Sequence record: SRR22947727_2348
DNA: 50,321 bases
Strand: one strand, 5' to 3'
Both the position numbers and the translations under genes were made by a program. Below, piece after piece: positions 1-10,061 of the stretch; position 1 is the first letter of the stretch, and each line of letters opens with the position of its first letter. The notes beneath the pieces were generated by a model. That model did no database searches. It was not told where the DNA came from and saw only the letters and a list, made by a program, of their open reading frames with translations.

Positions 1-137
1 TCCACGCGCAATTGACCTGTACGAAGTAATTTTTCAACTTTACCATGGGGAATGTGCGGAAATCGTTTTTTAAACCAACGATCAAGACGTGATCCTGACT
101 CAACATCATCAACAGTTATATTTTGAACTAAACTCAT
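1..137 (-). CDS. rluC: RluA/RluC-family rRNA pseudouridine synthase, N-terminal part (runs off window)
   Basis: Manual translation MSLVQNITVDDVESGSRLDRWFKKRFPHIPHGKVEKLLRTGQLRVD gives an S4-like domain with RLDRW; ATG overlaps the crcB stop (ATGA). Confidence 0.8.
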   Translation of the reverse strand, partial: MSLVQNITVDDVESGSRLDRWFKKRFPHIPHGKVEKLLRTGQLRV

Positions 138-517
138 GTGCCTAATACTTTACGTGCCAATATTAGACCAATGATTAAAGCCACTAAAGAAAACAAAACC
201 GAAGAACTAATATATGAAATAAGTAAGCCATAATCTTTTTTTTCATACATTGTGAAGGCTTCAAGAGAAAAAGCACTAAAAGTTGTAAATCCACCTAAAA
301 GGCCAACTCCAAGAAAAAGCATAAGGTTGCTTACATCATTGACCTTTGATGAAAGCCAGCCCACGAGAATACCCATGAAAAAACTTCCCAAGATATTTGC
401 AGTAATTGTGCCTAAAGGATAATCTGATACATAAAACTTCGAGATGAATAAACTCAAAGAATAACGTGCACTAGCGCCTAAAGCACCTCCTAGTGCTACA
501 TATAAAATACTATTCAT
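134..517 (-). CDS. crcB: Fluoride efflux channel CrcB/FluC
   Basis: 127 aa, 4 TM, GGALGA..RY and GLLGGFTTFSAF motifs. Confidence 0.95.
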   Translation of the reverse strand: MNSILYVALGGALGASARYSLSLFISKFYVSDYPLGTITANILGSFFMGILVGWLSSKVNDVSNLMLFLGVGLLGGFTTFSAFSLEAFTMYEKKDYGLLISYISSSVLFSLVALIIGLILARKVLGT

Positions 518-539
518 TCTAGTGCTCTAAACTCTCAGG

Positions 540-568
540 ATTATATGGGCAATGAAAGTTTTTGAGAA
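540..568 (-). promoter_or_regulatory. Putative sigma70 promoter of crcB-rluC
   Basis: TTCTCA-N17-TATAAT on the minus strand. Confidence 0.4.
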
Positions 569-579
569 AATCATGTAAT

Positions 580-1629
580 TTAAGTCCGATTAGCAGCACC
601 AGGCATGCCATCAGCAGATAATAAAACGGCTACCCAACGCGTTGTTGAAAACTGAGAAAATACGATCATAACTATAACCGTTAAAGGAGCAGAAAGAAAA
701 GCACCCACGCCGCCCCATAGTGCATACCAAAGAGTTAAAGACAACACCACCACTAGGGCGGAAAGGTTTAAACTATCTCCCATCATTTTTGGCTGAATTG
801 TATTACCTATAATAAATTGGACTGCAAATAAACCAATAGTAAGAATTAAAATTGGAGTTAAAGATTCAAACTGCATAACACCAAAAGCTACGGGTAACAC
901 AATTGCCGCTAAACCACCCACAATTGGTATATAATTGAGGATAAAAATAACGAGAGACCAAAATAATGCATTTTCCAATCCTAAAATAGACATTAAAGCA
1001 AAAGAAAGTATCGTTTGAATTAGACTTATAATAGTTTGAACACTTACATACCTCTTAACTGAACTGCGAATACTTTCAAAAATCTTAATTGCCTTTAATT
1101 TCGAAGATTTCTTCCTAAATAAATATTCAATTTTTTGAGGAAATGAAGCTTGAGCTGCAAAGAGGAAAGCCACATAAATTGAAATAGTAACAAAATCAGA
1201 TAAAACGCTTTGCACTGAACCGGCAAAACCAATCAAACTAGAGTTAATTTTAGATTCTAAATTCAAACCTGATATAAAATTTGAAATATTTTCTTCCTGA
1301 TAACCAAGAAAACTTGAAGCCCACTTAAACAAATCATCTAAACGTGCTTCGTAAATTGGTGCTTGGTCAATAAGGTCTCCAGCGGTGTCAATCACAACAA
1401 CAGTTATTCCAGCAAGTGAAATTACAACAGTCATAATTGCTATAATGAGTGCCACCCAATAAGGTATCCTTCTAGATAGGCTGTCTATCCAACTAGCAAA
1501 AGCATCAATTATAAGCCAAATGAATACTGCAAGTGCTATTGGAGATATCAAATCGCGTGTAAAATACAAAGATGTAATCACAGCTATGAATGTTAAAGTT
1601 AAAAGTGATGAGCGTATTGTAGTATCCAT
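580..1629 (-). CDS. AI-2E family transporter
   Basis: 349 aa polytopic; LNYIPIVG, QPKMMGDSLNLS, WGGVGAFLSAPLT motifs. Confidence 0.9.
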   Translation of the reverse strand: MDTTIRSSLLTLTFIAVITSLYFTRDLISPIALAVFIWLIIDAFASWIDSLSRRIPYWVALIIAIMTVVISLAGITVVVIDTAGDLIDQAPIYEARLDDLFKWASSFLGYQEENISNFISGLNLESKINSSLIGFAGSVQSVLSDFVTISIYVAFLFAAQASFPQKIEYLFRKKSSKLKAIKIFESIRSSVKRYVSVQTIISLIQTILSFALMSILGLENALFWSLVIFILNYIPIVGGLAAIVLPVAFGVMQFESLTPILILTIGLFAVQFIIGNTIQPKMMGDSLNLSALVVVLSLTLWYALWGGVGAFLSAPLTVIVMIVFSQFSTTRWVAVLLSADGMPGAANRT

Positions 1630-1762
1630 AGCACCCTATTCCTCTCTTTTATGAATGACGTCAACATTGCATTAAAAGTAAATATCTAATAGGTGAATAC
1701 GAGTAAAAAAATAAAGCTAAAGTTACAAGCCTCAACCTAAGTTAAAATATAGGATTAGTAAT

Positions 1763-2599
1763 ATGGTTACTCGGTTTGCCCCATCACCAACTGGAAGGTT
1801 GCATTTAGGACATGCTTTTGCAGCCAAAGTAGCTTTTAATTTTGCAAAAGCTCAGAACTTTAGTTGCTTACTTCGTATTGAAGATATAGACCATACTCGT
1901 TGCACAAACGAATACACACTCGAAATCTATCGAGATTTGGACTGGCTTGGGTTTGATTGGCCATTACCCGTAAAGATACAAAGTAAACATTATTATGATT
2001 ATGCCAAAATCATAAAAAACCTTTGTAATTTAGGACTTGCTTATGAATGCCCCTTGACACGGGGAAATATAAGAGACGGCTTATTACCAAAAAATAAAGG
2101 AATAAACATTAATGGCTATTTAGATCACTTTAAAGAGGGTAATAGTAAACCCATTATACCAAATTCTATTAGGTTGGATCTAAAAAAGTCTATGCAATAC
2201 CTAAAGGATCAAGAGCTTACATTTATAGAAACAAGCTCTGGAGAAGAAAAAAAAATAAATTCAAAGGTTGCATTGATGGACGCTGTGGAAAAGAAAAAAC
2301 TTGATCCTATTATTGCAAGAAAAGATATAGGAGTATCATATCATATAGCCGTGACACATGACGATTATTACCAAGATATAACCCATGTAGTTCGCGGTCA
2401 TGATTTGTATGAATCAACACACATACACGTTTTAATTCAAAAAATAAGTAATTGGCCAACACCAAAATACCATCATCATCCAGTTCTAAATAATAAATAT
2501 GGTGATAAACTTTCAAAACGCGGATTAGACACTAGCATTAGATCTTTACGAAATAATGGTTTAACCGCACACCAAGTGTTAGATATGGCAACTTTATGA
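1763..2599 (+). CDS. gluQ: tRNA glutamyl-Q(34) synthetase
   Basis: TRFAPSPTGRLHLGH, LRIEDID, THVVRGHDL, KLSKR; short, no anticodon-binding domain. Confidence 0.9.
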   Translation: MVTRFAPSPTGRLHLGHAFAAKVAFNFAKAQNFSCLLRIEDIDHTRCTNEYTLEIYRDLDWLGFDWPLPVKIQSKHYYDYAKIIKNLCNLGLAYECPLTRGNIRDGLLPKNKGININGYLDHFKEGNSKPIIPNSIRLDLKKSMQYLKDQELTFIETSSGEEKKINSKVALMDAVEKKKLDPIIARKDIGVSYHIAVTHDDYYQDITHVVRGHDLYESTHIHVLIQKISNWPTPKYHHHPVLNNKYGDKLSKRGLDTSIRSLRNNGLTAHQVLDMATL

Positions 2600-3648
2600 C
2601 AGAAATTCATGAAAATAATTTCTTATTTAACACTTGGTACTTCATAGGAACTTCCAAAGAAATAAAATTAGGAAAAATGAAAAGAAAAGTGATTGCAGAC
2701 CAACCTTTAGTTGTTGGTAGGCGTAAAAATGGCTCTATTTTCATTATGAGAGATATATGTCCACATCGTGCTGCACCATTATCAGAAGGGTGCATTATAG
2801 GAAATACAGTTGAATGCCCATACCATGGTTGGAGGTTCGATGTGGATTCTGGTGTCTGCAAACTAATACCTTCTTTAACAGAAGATCAAAAGTTTAATTC
2901 AGAAAGAATCTCAGTCCCAACTTACATAACAAAAGAGCAAGATAACTTAATATGGGTTTACTTAGCAAATGATAATAACTTTACAAACAAACCTTATATC
3001 CAACCTTATAATCTTCCATTTTCAACAAAAAATGCAATTATTGATTATAGCTGCGTATTAGAATGTAATATTGATCATGCAGTCATTGGTTTGATAGATC
3101 CTGCACATGGCCCTTATGTTCATAAGCAATGGTGGTGGAGGTCACCAAAAAAAATACACGATAAAGTCAAGCATTTTGAACCTTTTTTATTTGGTTTCAC
3201 CATGAAACCGCATCCCCCATCATCAAATAGTTTTGCCTACAAGCTACTTGGAGGCAAACCACTCACCGAAATTGTCTTTCAAATACCAGGCTTCAGAACT
3301 GAGGAAATAAAAATTGGTAAAAAAACTCTCCTATCTATTACAATAGTAACCCCAATAAGTGAGAGTAAAACAGAAATACGCCAAATATTTTTCACTGATT
3401 TAAATATTATAAAAATACTATCACCATTATTAAAAATCTTTACTAGAAAATTTATTCACCAAGACGCAAACATTATTAAACTTCAACAGCTTGGCCTAGC
3501 TTACAATCCCAAAATGATGCTAATAGATGATGCCAACACCCAAGCAAAATGGTATTACGCTATCAAAAAGGAATGGAATGATTGCATTAAAAAAGGGCGA
3601 GAATTTCAAAATCCTGTAAAAGCGACGACCTTAAAATGGCGAACTTAA
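2596..3648 (+). CDS. Rieske non-heme iron oxygenase alpha subunit (VanA/KshA-like)
   Basis: CPHR...CPYHGW Rieske ligands; DPAHGPYVH and a later Asp (HQD) as mononuclear Fe ligands. Confidence 0.88.
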   Translation: MTEIHENNFLFNTWYFIGTSKEIKLGKMKRKVIADQPLVVGRRKNGSIFIMRDICPHRAAPLSEGCIIGNTVECPYHGWRFDVDSGVCKLIPSLTEDQKFNSERISVPTYITKEQDNLIWVYLANDNNFTNKPYIQPYNLPFSTKNAIIDYSCVLECNIDHAVIGLIDPAHGPYVHKQWWWRSPKKIHDKVKHFEPFLFGFTMKPHPPSSNSFAYKLLGGKPLTEIVFQIPGFRTEEIKIGKKTLLSITIVTPISESKTEIRQIFFTDLNIIKILSPLLKIFTRKFIHQDANIIKLQQLGLAYNPKMMLIDDANTQAKWYYAIKKEWNDCIKKGREFQNPVKATTLKWRT

Positions 3649-3651
3649 AAT

Positions 3652-4530
3652 TTAATTTAGAACTCGCCCAGCTATGGCATCAAGTTTTGCTACCAATCGT
3701 GTGTCTTGGCTTTCGGGAGGAGTAACAATGGCAAATTCTAAGTTTGTCTCAATACCTTCTAACCCATTATCTCTTAATCCATAATCTTTTATAATTTTTG
3801 ATATCTCACGTACTGTACTCGAAGCCATCAAGGCGTTTTCCTTTAAGACTTCCATGACAGCCGCAACATCCACATTGTCTTCATTTTCGCGCCAACAATC
3901 GTAATCTGTGACCATCCCAATAGATGCGTATGGAATTTCTGCTTCTCTAGCAAGTTTTGCTTCTGGCATATTTGTCATTCCAACAATATCACAAGCCCAA
4001 TTTCTATATAAATTACTTTCTGCTTTAGTTGAAAACTGTGGCCCCTCCATTGCCAAGTATGTTCCTTTGTTATGAACTTTTACACCGGCCGATTGAGCTG
4101 CCTTAGTAGCAAATTGAGCAAGCCGACTACAAACTGGATTTGCAAGAGATACATGAGCGACTAACCCTAGACCAAAAAAACTTTTTTCGCGTTTAAAAGT
4201 TCTATCAATAAATTGATCCACTATAACAAAATCACCTGGACGGTAATCTTCGCGCAAAGAACCAACAGCTGATAGTGAAAGAAGGTCAGTACACCCTGCT
4301 CTTTTTAAAATATCAATATTAGCCCTATAATTAATATCACTGGGGGCAAGGCTATGACCTCGACCATGTCGAGGTAAAAATCGAAGTTTTATACCATTTA
4401 GTTCCGCAAATAATATGGAGTCTGAAGGTTCGCCCCAAGGGCTATCAATAGAAATCCATTCTTTATTTTCAAGTCCTTCTATGTTGTATAAACCAGAACC
4501 TCCAATTATTCCTAAAATCCATTCACTCAT
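3652..4530 (-). CDS. mtnP: S-methyl-5'-thioadenosine phosphorylase
   Basis: GIIGGSG, PRHGRGH, EGPQFST, GMTNMPEAKLARE, VTDYDCW; ATG at 4530 preferred. Confidence 0.93.
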   Translation of the reverse strand: MSEWILGIIGGSGLYNIEGLENKEWISIDSPWGEPSDSILFAELNGIKLRFLPRHGRGHSLAPSDINYRANIDILKRAGCTDLLSLSAVGSLREDYRPGDFVIVDQFIDRTFKREKSFFGLGLVAHVSLANPVCSRLAQFATKAAQSAGVKVHNKGTYLAMEGPQFSTKAESNLYRNWACDIVGMTNMPEAKLAREAEIPYASIGMVTDYDCWRENEDNVDVAAVMEVLKENALMASSTVREISKIIKDYGLRDNGLEGIETNLEFAIVTPPESQDTRLVAKLDAIAGRVLN

Positions 4531-4548
4531 AATAATCAACTAAATCTC

Positions 4549-4580
4549 AAAAAAAAACCGCCTGTAATGAAACGGCGGTT
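4549..4580 (-). terminator. Rho-independent terminator after petC
   Basis: AACCGCC...GGCGGTT stem running into a T-tract on the minus strand. Confidence 0.8.
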
Positions 4581-4604
4581 GATTTTTACAAAATACAAAA
4601 ATGT

Positions 4605-5426
4605 TTAATGTTCAACGTCTTTCCAAACTCGCTTATAAGAAAACCAAAGCAATATTGCAAGAATGGTTAAATATAGCATTGTCATAAGGCCCGTACTTTT
4701 TCTCTGTTCCATTTTTGGGTCAGACGACCATGCTAAGAATTCAGTTACATCTGCGGCCATTTGTTCTACTGTCGCTTTTGTACCATCAGCATACTCTACT
4801 AAGTCTTCAGATAACGGAGCAACCATAGCAATAGCCCCCCCATCCATGACTGGGTTATAACTCAAACCTGGGCCCATAACCATATCTTTTGGCATTTCAG
4901 CTTCATAAGCTAACAAAAGGTTATAAATGTAATCAGCGCCTCCATTTCTTGCTGATACTATAACTGATAAATCAGGGGGAAGTCCGCCTCCATTACTAGC
5001 TCTAGCTGCAGCATCATTGGGGTATATCGCAGGAAATTTATCAGCTGGAACTCCAGGTCGGTCTAGAATATCACCAGTTTCTCCATCTATACTTTCTATG
5101 CTCCAGTCAGCAGCAAAATTCTTTACCAAAGGGTTATCATTTGGATTTGGATAACGCTCATCATAAAAAGGAGCTCCTTGGTCACCAAGGTGCCTAAACG
5201 ACAAGTGTTTTAATTGATGACATGATGAACAAACTTCTCGATATACCTGATATCCACGTTGAGCAGATGCTTTGTCATAAGTCCCAAAGGCACCATTAAA
5301 TTGCCATTGCTTATGCACCATTTTATAGTCACCTGTATTACTACCACCAGCGGCATATCCCTGACCTGAAAAGGTTATGATAAAAAGAGCTGCTGTGACA
5401 AATATTATCTTAACATTAAAAATCAT
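4605..5426 (-). CDS. petC: Cytochrome c1
   Basis: QRGYQVYREVCSSCH heme motif, PPDLS, C-terminal TM anchor. Confidence 0.96.
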   Translation of the reverse strand: MIFNVKIIFVTAALFIITFSGQGYAAGGSNTGDYKMVHKQWQFNGAFGTYDKASAQRGYQVYREVCSSCHQLKHLSFRHLGDQGAPFYDERYPNPNDNPLVKNFAADWSIESIDGETGDILDRPGVPADKFPAIYPNDAAARASNGGGLPPDLSVIVSARNGGADYIYNLLLAYEAEMPKDMVMGPGLSYNPVMDGGAIAMVAPLSEDLVEYADGTKATVEQMAADVTEFLAWSSDPKMEQRKSTGLMTMLYLTILAILLWFSYKRVWKDVEH

Positions 5427-5435
5427 CTTAAATCC

Positions 5436-6734
5436 CTATTCAGCTGGAAGAATAGCTGTATGTTTAGTGTCACCTAGAACTGCTTTTGTAATTGAATCTG
5501 GGCGATCCTTTGGGGTTTCTACAAGACCCAGAATAGGCAGTATTAAAACAAAATACGCAAAATAATAAATAGTAGCAATCCGTGATAGCCAAGTGAAGTT
5601 CAGCCCTCGAACTTGTCCCGCTGCATCTACTCCAAAAGGTATGGCAATATTATCAGGTGTTTCAGCACCGCACCAGCCTAATATGAAGCAGAAAAACAAG
5701 AAAATCCAAAAGAACCATTTTGCTACAGGGCGAAACCTCATTGATCGTACTTTTGAGGTATCAAGCCAAGGTAGCACAAAGAGTACGACTATTGCTCCGA
5801 GCATAAGTACAATTCCAAGAAGCTTATCAGGAACAGCACGAAGTATTGCGTAAAAAGGCAAAAAGTACCACTCCGGTACTATATGAGGTGGTGTCTTAAG
5901 CGCATCAGCCTCAATATAATTATCAGCATGCCCTAATGCATCAGGCTGATAAAATATAAAGAAAGCAAAAATTAGTAGAAAAACTACAACTGCAAAACCA
6001 TCTTTAATAGTATAATAAGGGTGGAAACTAAGTGTATCCTGTTTAGTTTTTGTTGTAATTCCTATCGGATTATTTTGACCAACATGATGTAAAGCCCAAA
6101 CATGCAAACCTACAAGACCAGCGATCACAAATGGCAACAAATAGTGAAGCGCAAAAAAGCGATTTAGGGTTGCATTGTCAACGGCATAACCGCCCAATAA
6201 CCATTGCTGCAAGCTTTCACCCACAACAGGTACTGCCCCAAAGAAACCAGTGATAACTGTTGCTCCCCAAAAGGACATTTGTCCCCATGGTAGTGTATAT
6301 CCTAAAAATCCAGTTGCCATCATTATTAAGTAAATCAAACAACCTATTATCCACAAAACCTCTCTCGGTGCTTTGTAAGAACCATAGTAAAGACCCCTAA
6401 ACATATGCACATAAACTGCTAGAAAAAACATTGAAGCACCAACTGCATGCATAGGCTGCAAAAGCCACCCAAATGGTACATCACGTCGAATACGTTGAAC
6501 AGAATCAAAGGCAAGGTCGACATGTGGTACGTAATGCATAGCCAGAATAATACCTGTTATTATCTGGGAGGCTAAGCATAACGTTAGAATACCTCCAAAT
6601 GTATACCAATAATTCAAATTTCTTGGAGATGGAAAAGTCATAAAGTCCGCACCCATTCGGACAATAGGAAGACGAGTGTCAAGCCATTTGGTTGCAGCAT
6701 ATTTGGGTTCGTATGTAGAAGGATGTCCGCTCAT
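5436..6734 (-). CDS. petB: Cytochrome b
   Basis: GQMSFWGATVIT, PHIVPEWYFLPFYAILR. Confidence 0.98.
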   Translation of the reverse strand: MSGHPSTYEPKYAATKWLDTRLPIVRMGADFMTFPSPRNLNYWYTFGGILTLCLASQIITGIILAMHYVPHVDLAFDSVQRIRRDVPFGWLLQPMHAVGASMFFLAVYVHMFRGLYYGSYKAPREVLWIIGCLIYLIMMATGFLGYTLPWGQMSFWGATVITGFFGAVPVVGESLQQWLLGGYAVDNATLNRFFALHYLLPFVIAGLVGLHVWALHHVGQNNPIGITTKTKQDTLSFHPYYTIKDGFAVVVFLLIFAFFIFYQPDALGHADNYIEADALKTPPHIVPEWYFLPFYAILRAVPDKLLGIVLMLGAIVVLFVLPWLDTSKVRSMRFRPVAKWFFWIFLFFCFILGWCGAETPDNIAIPFGVDAAGQVRGLNFTWLSRIATIYYFAYFVLILPILGLVETPKDRPDSITKAVLGDTKHTAILPAE

Positions 6735-6736
6735 AT

Positions 6737-7297
6737 TTAACCTACCTTAATAACTGTATCTGAAACATATTTATATTCAGGAATTTCCATATTTTTAGGA
6801 GCCGGGCCTTTACGTATTCGGCCAGAAGTATCGTAATGGGATCCATGGCAAGGGCAATACCAGCCATTAAAATCTCCGGACTCTCCTACTGGAATGCACC
6901 CAAAATGGGTGCAAACTCCGATCATCACTAGATAACGTGGATCAATGGACCCGTCAGGCTTAGCAATCAAGCGTGCGCTATCTTCTTCAGGGTCTGGGCA
7001 ATCACTAATGAGTGTATCCTCTGCAATCTTTATTTCTGCTGGAGTTCTGTGTCTTACAAATACAGGCTTACCTCTCCACAGCATTTTAAGCTGTTGCCCT
7101 TCGGCAACTTTAGATACATCAATTTCTATAGATCCAGCTGCCAATGTATCAGCTGCCTTGCCCATCTGTGCTACCAGCGGCCATCCTAAAGAAACGGCAC
7201 CAGCTGCTGCGGCAGCTCCTGTGGCTATAAAAATAAAATCTCGTTTACCTTCGTCTTCGACTGCACTAGGTATATCTAATTTTTTATCATCGGACAT
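6737..7297 (-). CDS. petA: Ubiquinol-cytochrome c reductase Rieske subunit
   Basis: CTHFGC, CPCHGSHY, GPAPKN; N-terminal Tat-type anchor. Confidence 0.97.
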   Translation of the reverse strand: MSDDKKLDIPSAVEDEGKRDFIFIATGAAAAAGAVSLGWPLVAQMGKAADTLAAGSIEIDVSKVAEGQQLKMLWRGKPVFVRHRTPAEIKIAEDTLISDCPDPEEDSARLIAKPDGSIDPRYLVMIGVCTHFGCIPVGESGDFNGWYCPCHGSHYDTSGRIRKGPAPKNMEIPEYKYVSDTVIKVG

Positions 7298-7446
7298 AAT
7301 CTGCCCACTCCTCTTCGGTACATTATCAGTTTGTAATTTACTGTAGCGTTATTATGTACTGCGTTCTATATATATGTGAACAGAACATCCATAGTTTATT
7401 CGCGCTAAAACGACGCAATGCGACTCATTTATTAGGGTACATATTT

Positions 7447-7899
7447 ATGAAAATTATTCTTTACCAACCGGATATAGCTGGAAATTTTGGCGCAATTATG
7501 CGTTCTTGTGCATGTTTTAACATAGACTTAGAGGTTATAGAACCTTGCGGGTTTCCTCTTACCTCCAAGGCAATTCGACTTGCAGCGATGGATTATGGAA
7601 CAACTCAAGGAATTGTGAGACATAAAAGCTGGGAGAAATTTCTTGAAGTTCCCGAATCTGGAAGATTAGTGTTATTAACAACAAAAGGATTAACCCCTTT
7701 AAACGATTTTCAGTTCCAAAAAGATGACCGCTTAATTTTTGGGCGAGAGAGCGCTGGAGTTCCTGAAACAGTGCATTCAGCTTCAGACGAAAAAATTATT
7801 ATACCTATAGCGACAGGTATGAGAAGTTTCAACTTAGCAACATCAGTTGTAATATCTGCTTATGAAGGATTACGACAATTAAAATGCTTACCTAAATAA
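7447..7899 (+). CDS. trmL: tRNA (cytidine(34)-2'-O)-methyltransferase
   Basis: LYQPDIAGNFG, IEPCGFP, FGRESAGVP, RSFNLA SPOUT motifs; ATG at 7447 preferred over 7354. Confidence 0.92.
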   Translation: MKIILYQPDIAGNFGAIMRSCACFNIDLEVIEPCGFPLTSKAIRLAAMDYGTTQGIVRHKSWEKFLEVPESGRLVLLTTKGLTPLNDFQFQKDDRLIFGRESAGVPETVHSASDEKIIIPIATGMRSFNLATSVVISAYEGLRQLKCLPK

Positions 7900-7992
7900 T
7901 AATGCATCTTTAAAGAAATTTCTCATAGACCAAAGATTTATTCAGATATAAACGTTAAAATATAAATTTCCTTATTCGAATAGGAATATAAA

Positions 7993-8856
7993 TTGCAAAA
8001 TATAAAAAAAACAAAAGCAACAGTTTGGTTTAAAAAACTCAGGGACATTATATGCTCTGAATTTGAAGAACTTGAAAAAGAGGCCCCTGCAAATCTTTAT
8101 GGAAATACGCCAGGAAAATTTGTTTATGAAGATTGGTCACGAAATGAAAAAAATGGAGGTGGTGGAACAGGGGGAATGCTCCGCGGTCGCCTATTTGAAA
8201 AATGTGGGGTTCATATTTCAACCGTAAACGGTGAGTTTGAAGGCGAAATGAGAGAGAAAACTCCAGGAGCCAAAGAAGACCCAAGGTTTTGGGCAGCAGG
8301 AATCTCTTTAATTGCCCATATGAGAAACCCAAATGTTCCAAGCGTTCACTTTAATACAAGATATATAGTAACTACCGAAGGTTGGTTTGGGGGAGGTGGG
8401 GACTTAACTCCAACTCAAGCTAAAGACCGCACTCAAACGTCTTCGGATGCATTAAATTTTCATGCTGGAATGCGTGCAGTTTGCGAAAAACATTCAGTAG
8501 CTGATTATGATAAATTTAAAAAATGGTGTGATGACTACTTTTTTTTACACCACCGTTCAGAACCGCGAGGAGTAGGTGGCATATTTTACGATAGATTAAA
8601 TAGTGGTGATTGGGAAGCAGATTTTACTTTTACAAAAGACTTAGGTATCCACTTTAAAAATACATATGCTAATATTGTAAGAAACAGAATGTTTGATAAA
8701 TGGACAGATGAAGATAGGGAAGAACAGCTAGTACAAAGAGGTAGATATGTTGAGTTTAACCTTCTTTGGGATAGAGGAACCACATTTGGTTTGAAAACAG
8801 GTGGGAATATTAAAACTATTCTAAGTTCTATGCCCCCGGTTGTAAAATGGCCCTAA
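7993..8856 (+). CDS. hemF: Oxygen-dependent coproporphyrinogen III oxidase
   Basis: [37 protein letters not shown] start with AGGA. Confidence 0.96.
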   Translation: MQNIKKTKATVWFKKLRDIICSEFEELEKEAPANLYGNTPGKFVYEDWSRNEKNGGGGTGGMLRGRLFEKCGVHISTVNGEFEGEMREKTPGAKEDPRFWAAGISLIAHMRNPNVPSVHFNTRYIVTTEGWFGGGGDLTPTQAKDRTQTSSDALNFHAGMRAVCEKHSVADYDKFKKWCDDYFFLHHRSEPRGVGGIFYDRLNSGDWEADFTFTKDLGIHFKNTYANIVRNRMFDKWTDEDREEQLVQRGRYVEFNLLWDRGTTFGLKTGGNIKTILSSMPPVVKWP

Positions 8857-8876
8857 AAATAAGATTGAAGTACTTT

Positions 8877-9458
8877 ATGAGAAAAATTAAATTGACTAAA
8901 AATTCTATTTTGATGTTATTATTTTTTCTTATGTTTTCCAATGAAATATATGCTCAAATAATTGTTCATGGAGGAGGCATAGCAAATGAATGCTATATCA
9001 ATACAAAAGTTGCAACTACAAGCAAACTAACTGCAATTAATGTATGTTACAAGGCACTCAAAGAGCCCTTATCAATAAAAAACAAAGCTGCAACTCATGT
9101 TAACCTTGGTATTTTATTAATGAGAAGAGGTGAATATCTAAAGGCACAAGAACAATATACCAAAGCTGCATTGACCCAGCCCCAATTATCAGAAATATAC
9201 ATTAATTTGGCAGCGAGTAGAATTTATACCACACAATATAAGCTAGCAGTTGAAGCTGCAACCAAAGCCATAAAAATAGGAACAGAAAAACTACCTGAAG
9301 CCCTCTACAACAGAGCCATAGCTTATGATAGTTTGGGGTTTTTAAATAGAGCTTTTGAAGATTTAGCTTTAGCTTTAGAAATACGACCTGACTGGCCACC
9401 AGCTAAAAATATGATTACTAAGTATGATAAAAAAAATAAGATTACTAAAAATAAATAA
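8877..9458 (+). CDS. Secreted tetratricopeptide-repeat protein
   Basis: Signal-like segment ending IYA-Q, then TPR helices (THVNLGILL, IYINLAAS, ALYNRAIAY); start uncertain (8847 or later). Confidence 0.75.
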   Translation: MRKIKLTKNSILMLLFFLMFSNEIYAQIIVHGGGIANECYINTKVATTSKLTAINVCYKALKEPLSIKNKAATHVNLGILLMRRGEYLKAQEQYTKAALTQPQLSEIYINLAASRIYTTQYKLAVEAATKAIKIGTEKLPEALYNRAIAYDSLGFLNRAFEDLALALEIRPDWPPAKNMITKYDKKNKITKNK

Positions 9459-9530
9459 AAGCCTTATTCAAGCTTGAGTTTACAGTTCACTTCTTTAACA
9501 TAAAATATTAGTAAACAAGGCATTATTAGC

Positions 9531-10061
9531 ATGAAAAAAATACAATCAGAATATAGTTATGATGACTTAATAATAAGCGGTGAAGAAAGTCTTTTCGGAC
9601 CAGGGAATGCAAAATTACCAGCTCCGCCAATGCTAATGCTTGATAGGATTACTCATATTGGTATAGATGATGGTCCTTTTTCTAAAGGGAGCTTAATAGC
9701 AGAACTTGGAATAAGCCCAGACCTTTGGTTTTTTGATTGTCACTTTATAGGCGATCCTGTTATGCCAGGATGTCTAGGTTTAGATGCAATGTGGCAACTA
9801 GTAGGTTTTTGGTTAGGTTGGTCAGGTTCACCTGGACGAGGAAGAGCGCTTGGTGTCGGTCAGGTAAAATTTACTGGGCAAGTTACTCCAGATGTAAAAA
9901 AAGTGAGATACGAAATAGATCTCAAAAGAGTAATTAGAAGAAAACTTGTACTAGGTATAGCAGATGGAAGAATGTACTCTGATGATAATTTAATTTATAA
10001 AGCAGATGACTTGCGTGTTGGATTATTCATGCCTGAAAGTACAAAAAAAGAGGTATTATAA
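9531..10061 (+). CDS. fabA: 3-hydroxydecanoyl-ACP dehydratase/isomerase
   Basis: [27 protein letters not shown]. Confidence 0.97.
   Translation: MKKIQSEYSYDDLIISGEESLFGPGNAKLPAPPMLMLDRITHIGIDDGPFSKGSLIAELGISPDLWFFDCHFIGDPVMPGCLGLDAMWQLVGFWLGWSGSPGRGRALGVGQVKFTGQVTPDVKKVRYEIDLKRVIRRKLVLGIADGRMYSDDNLIYKADDLRVGLFMPESTKKEVL

Noticed and set aside
518-579. Fluoride riboswitch upstream of crcB
   Set aside because: The GGCAATGAAAGTT resemblance is on the wrong strand and lacks the pairing arm; the spacer is occupied by a promoter-like sequence
6945-7346. 133-aa plus-strand ORF
   Set aside because: Antisense shadow of petA; Ser/Ala-rich as expected for a reverse frame
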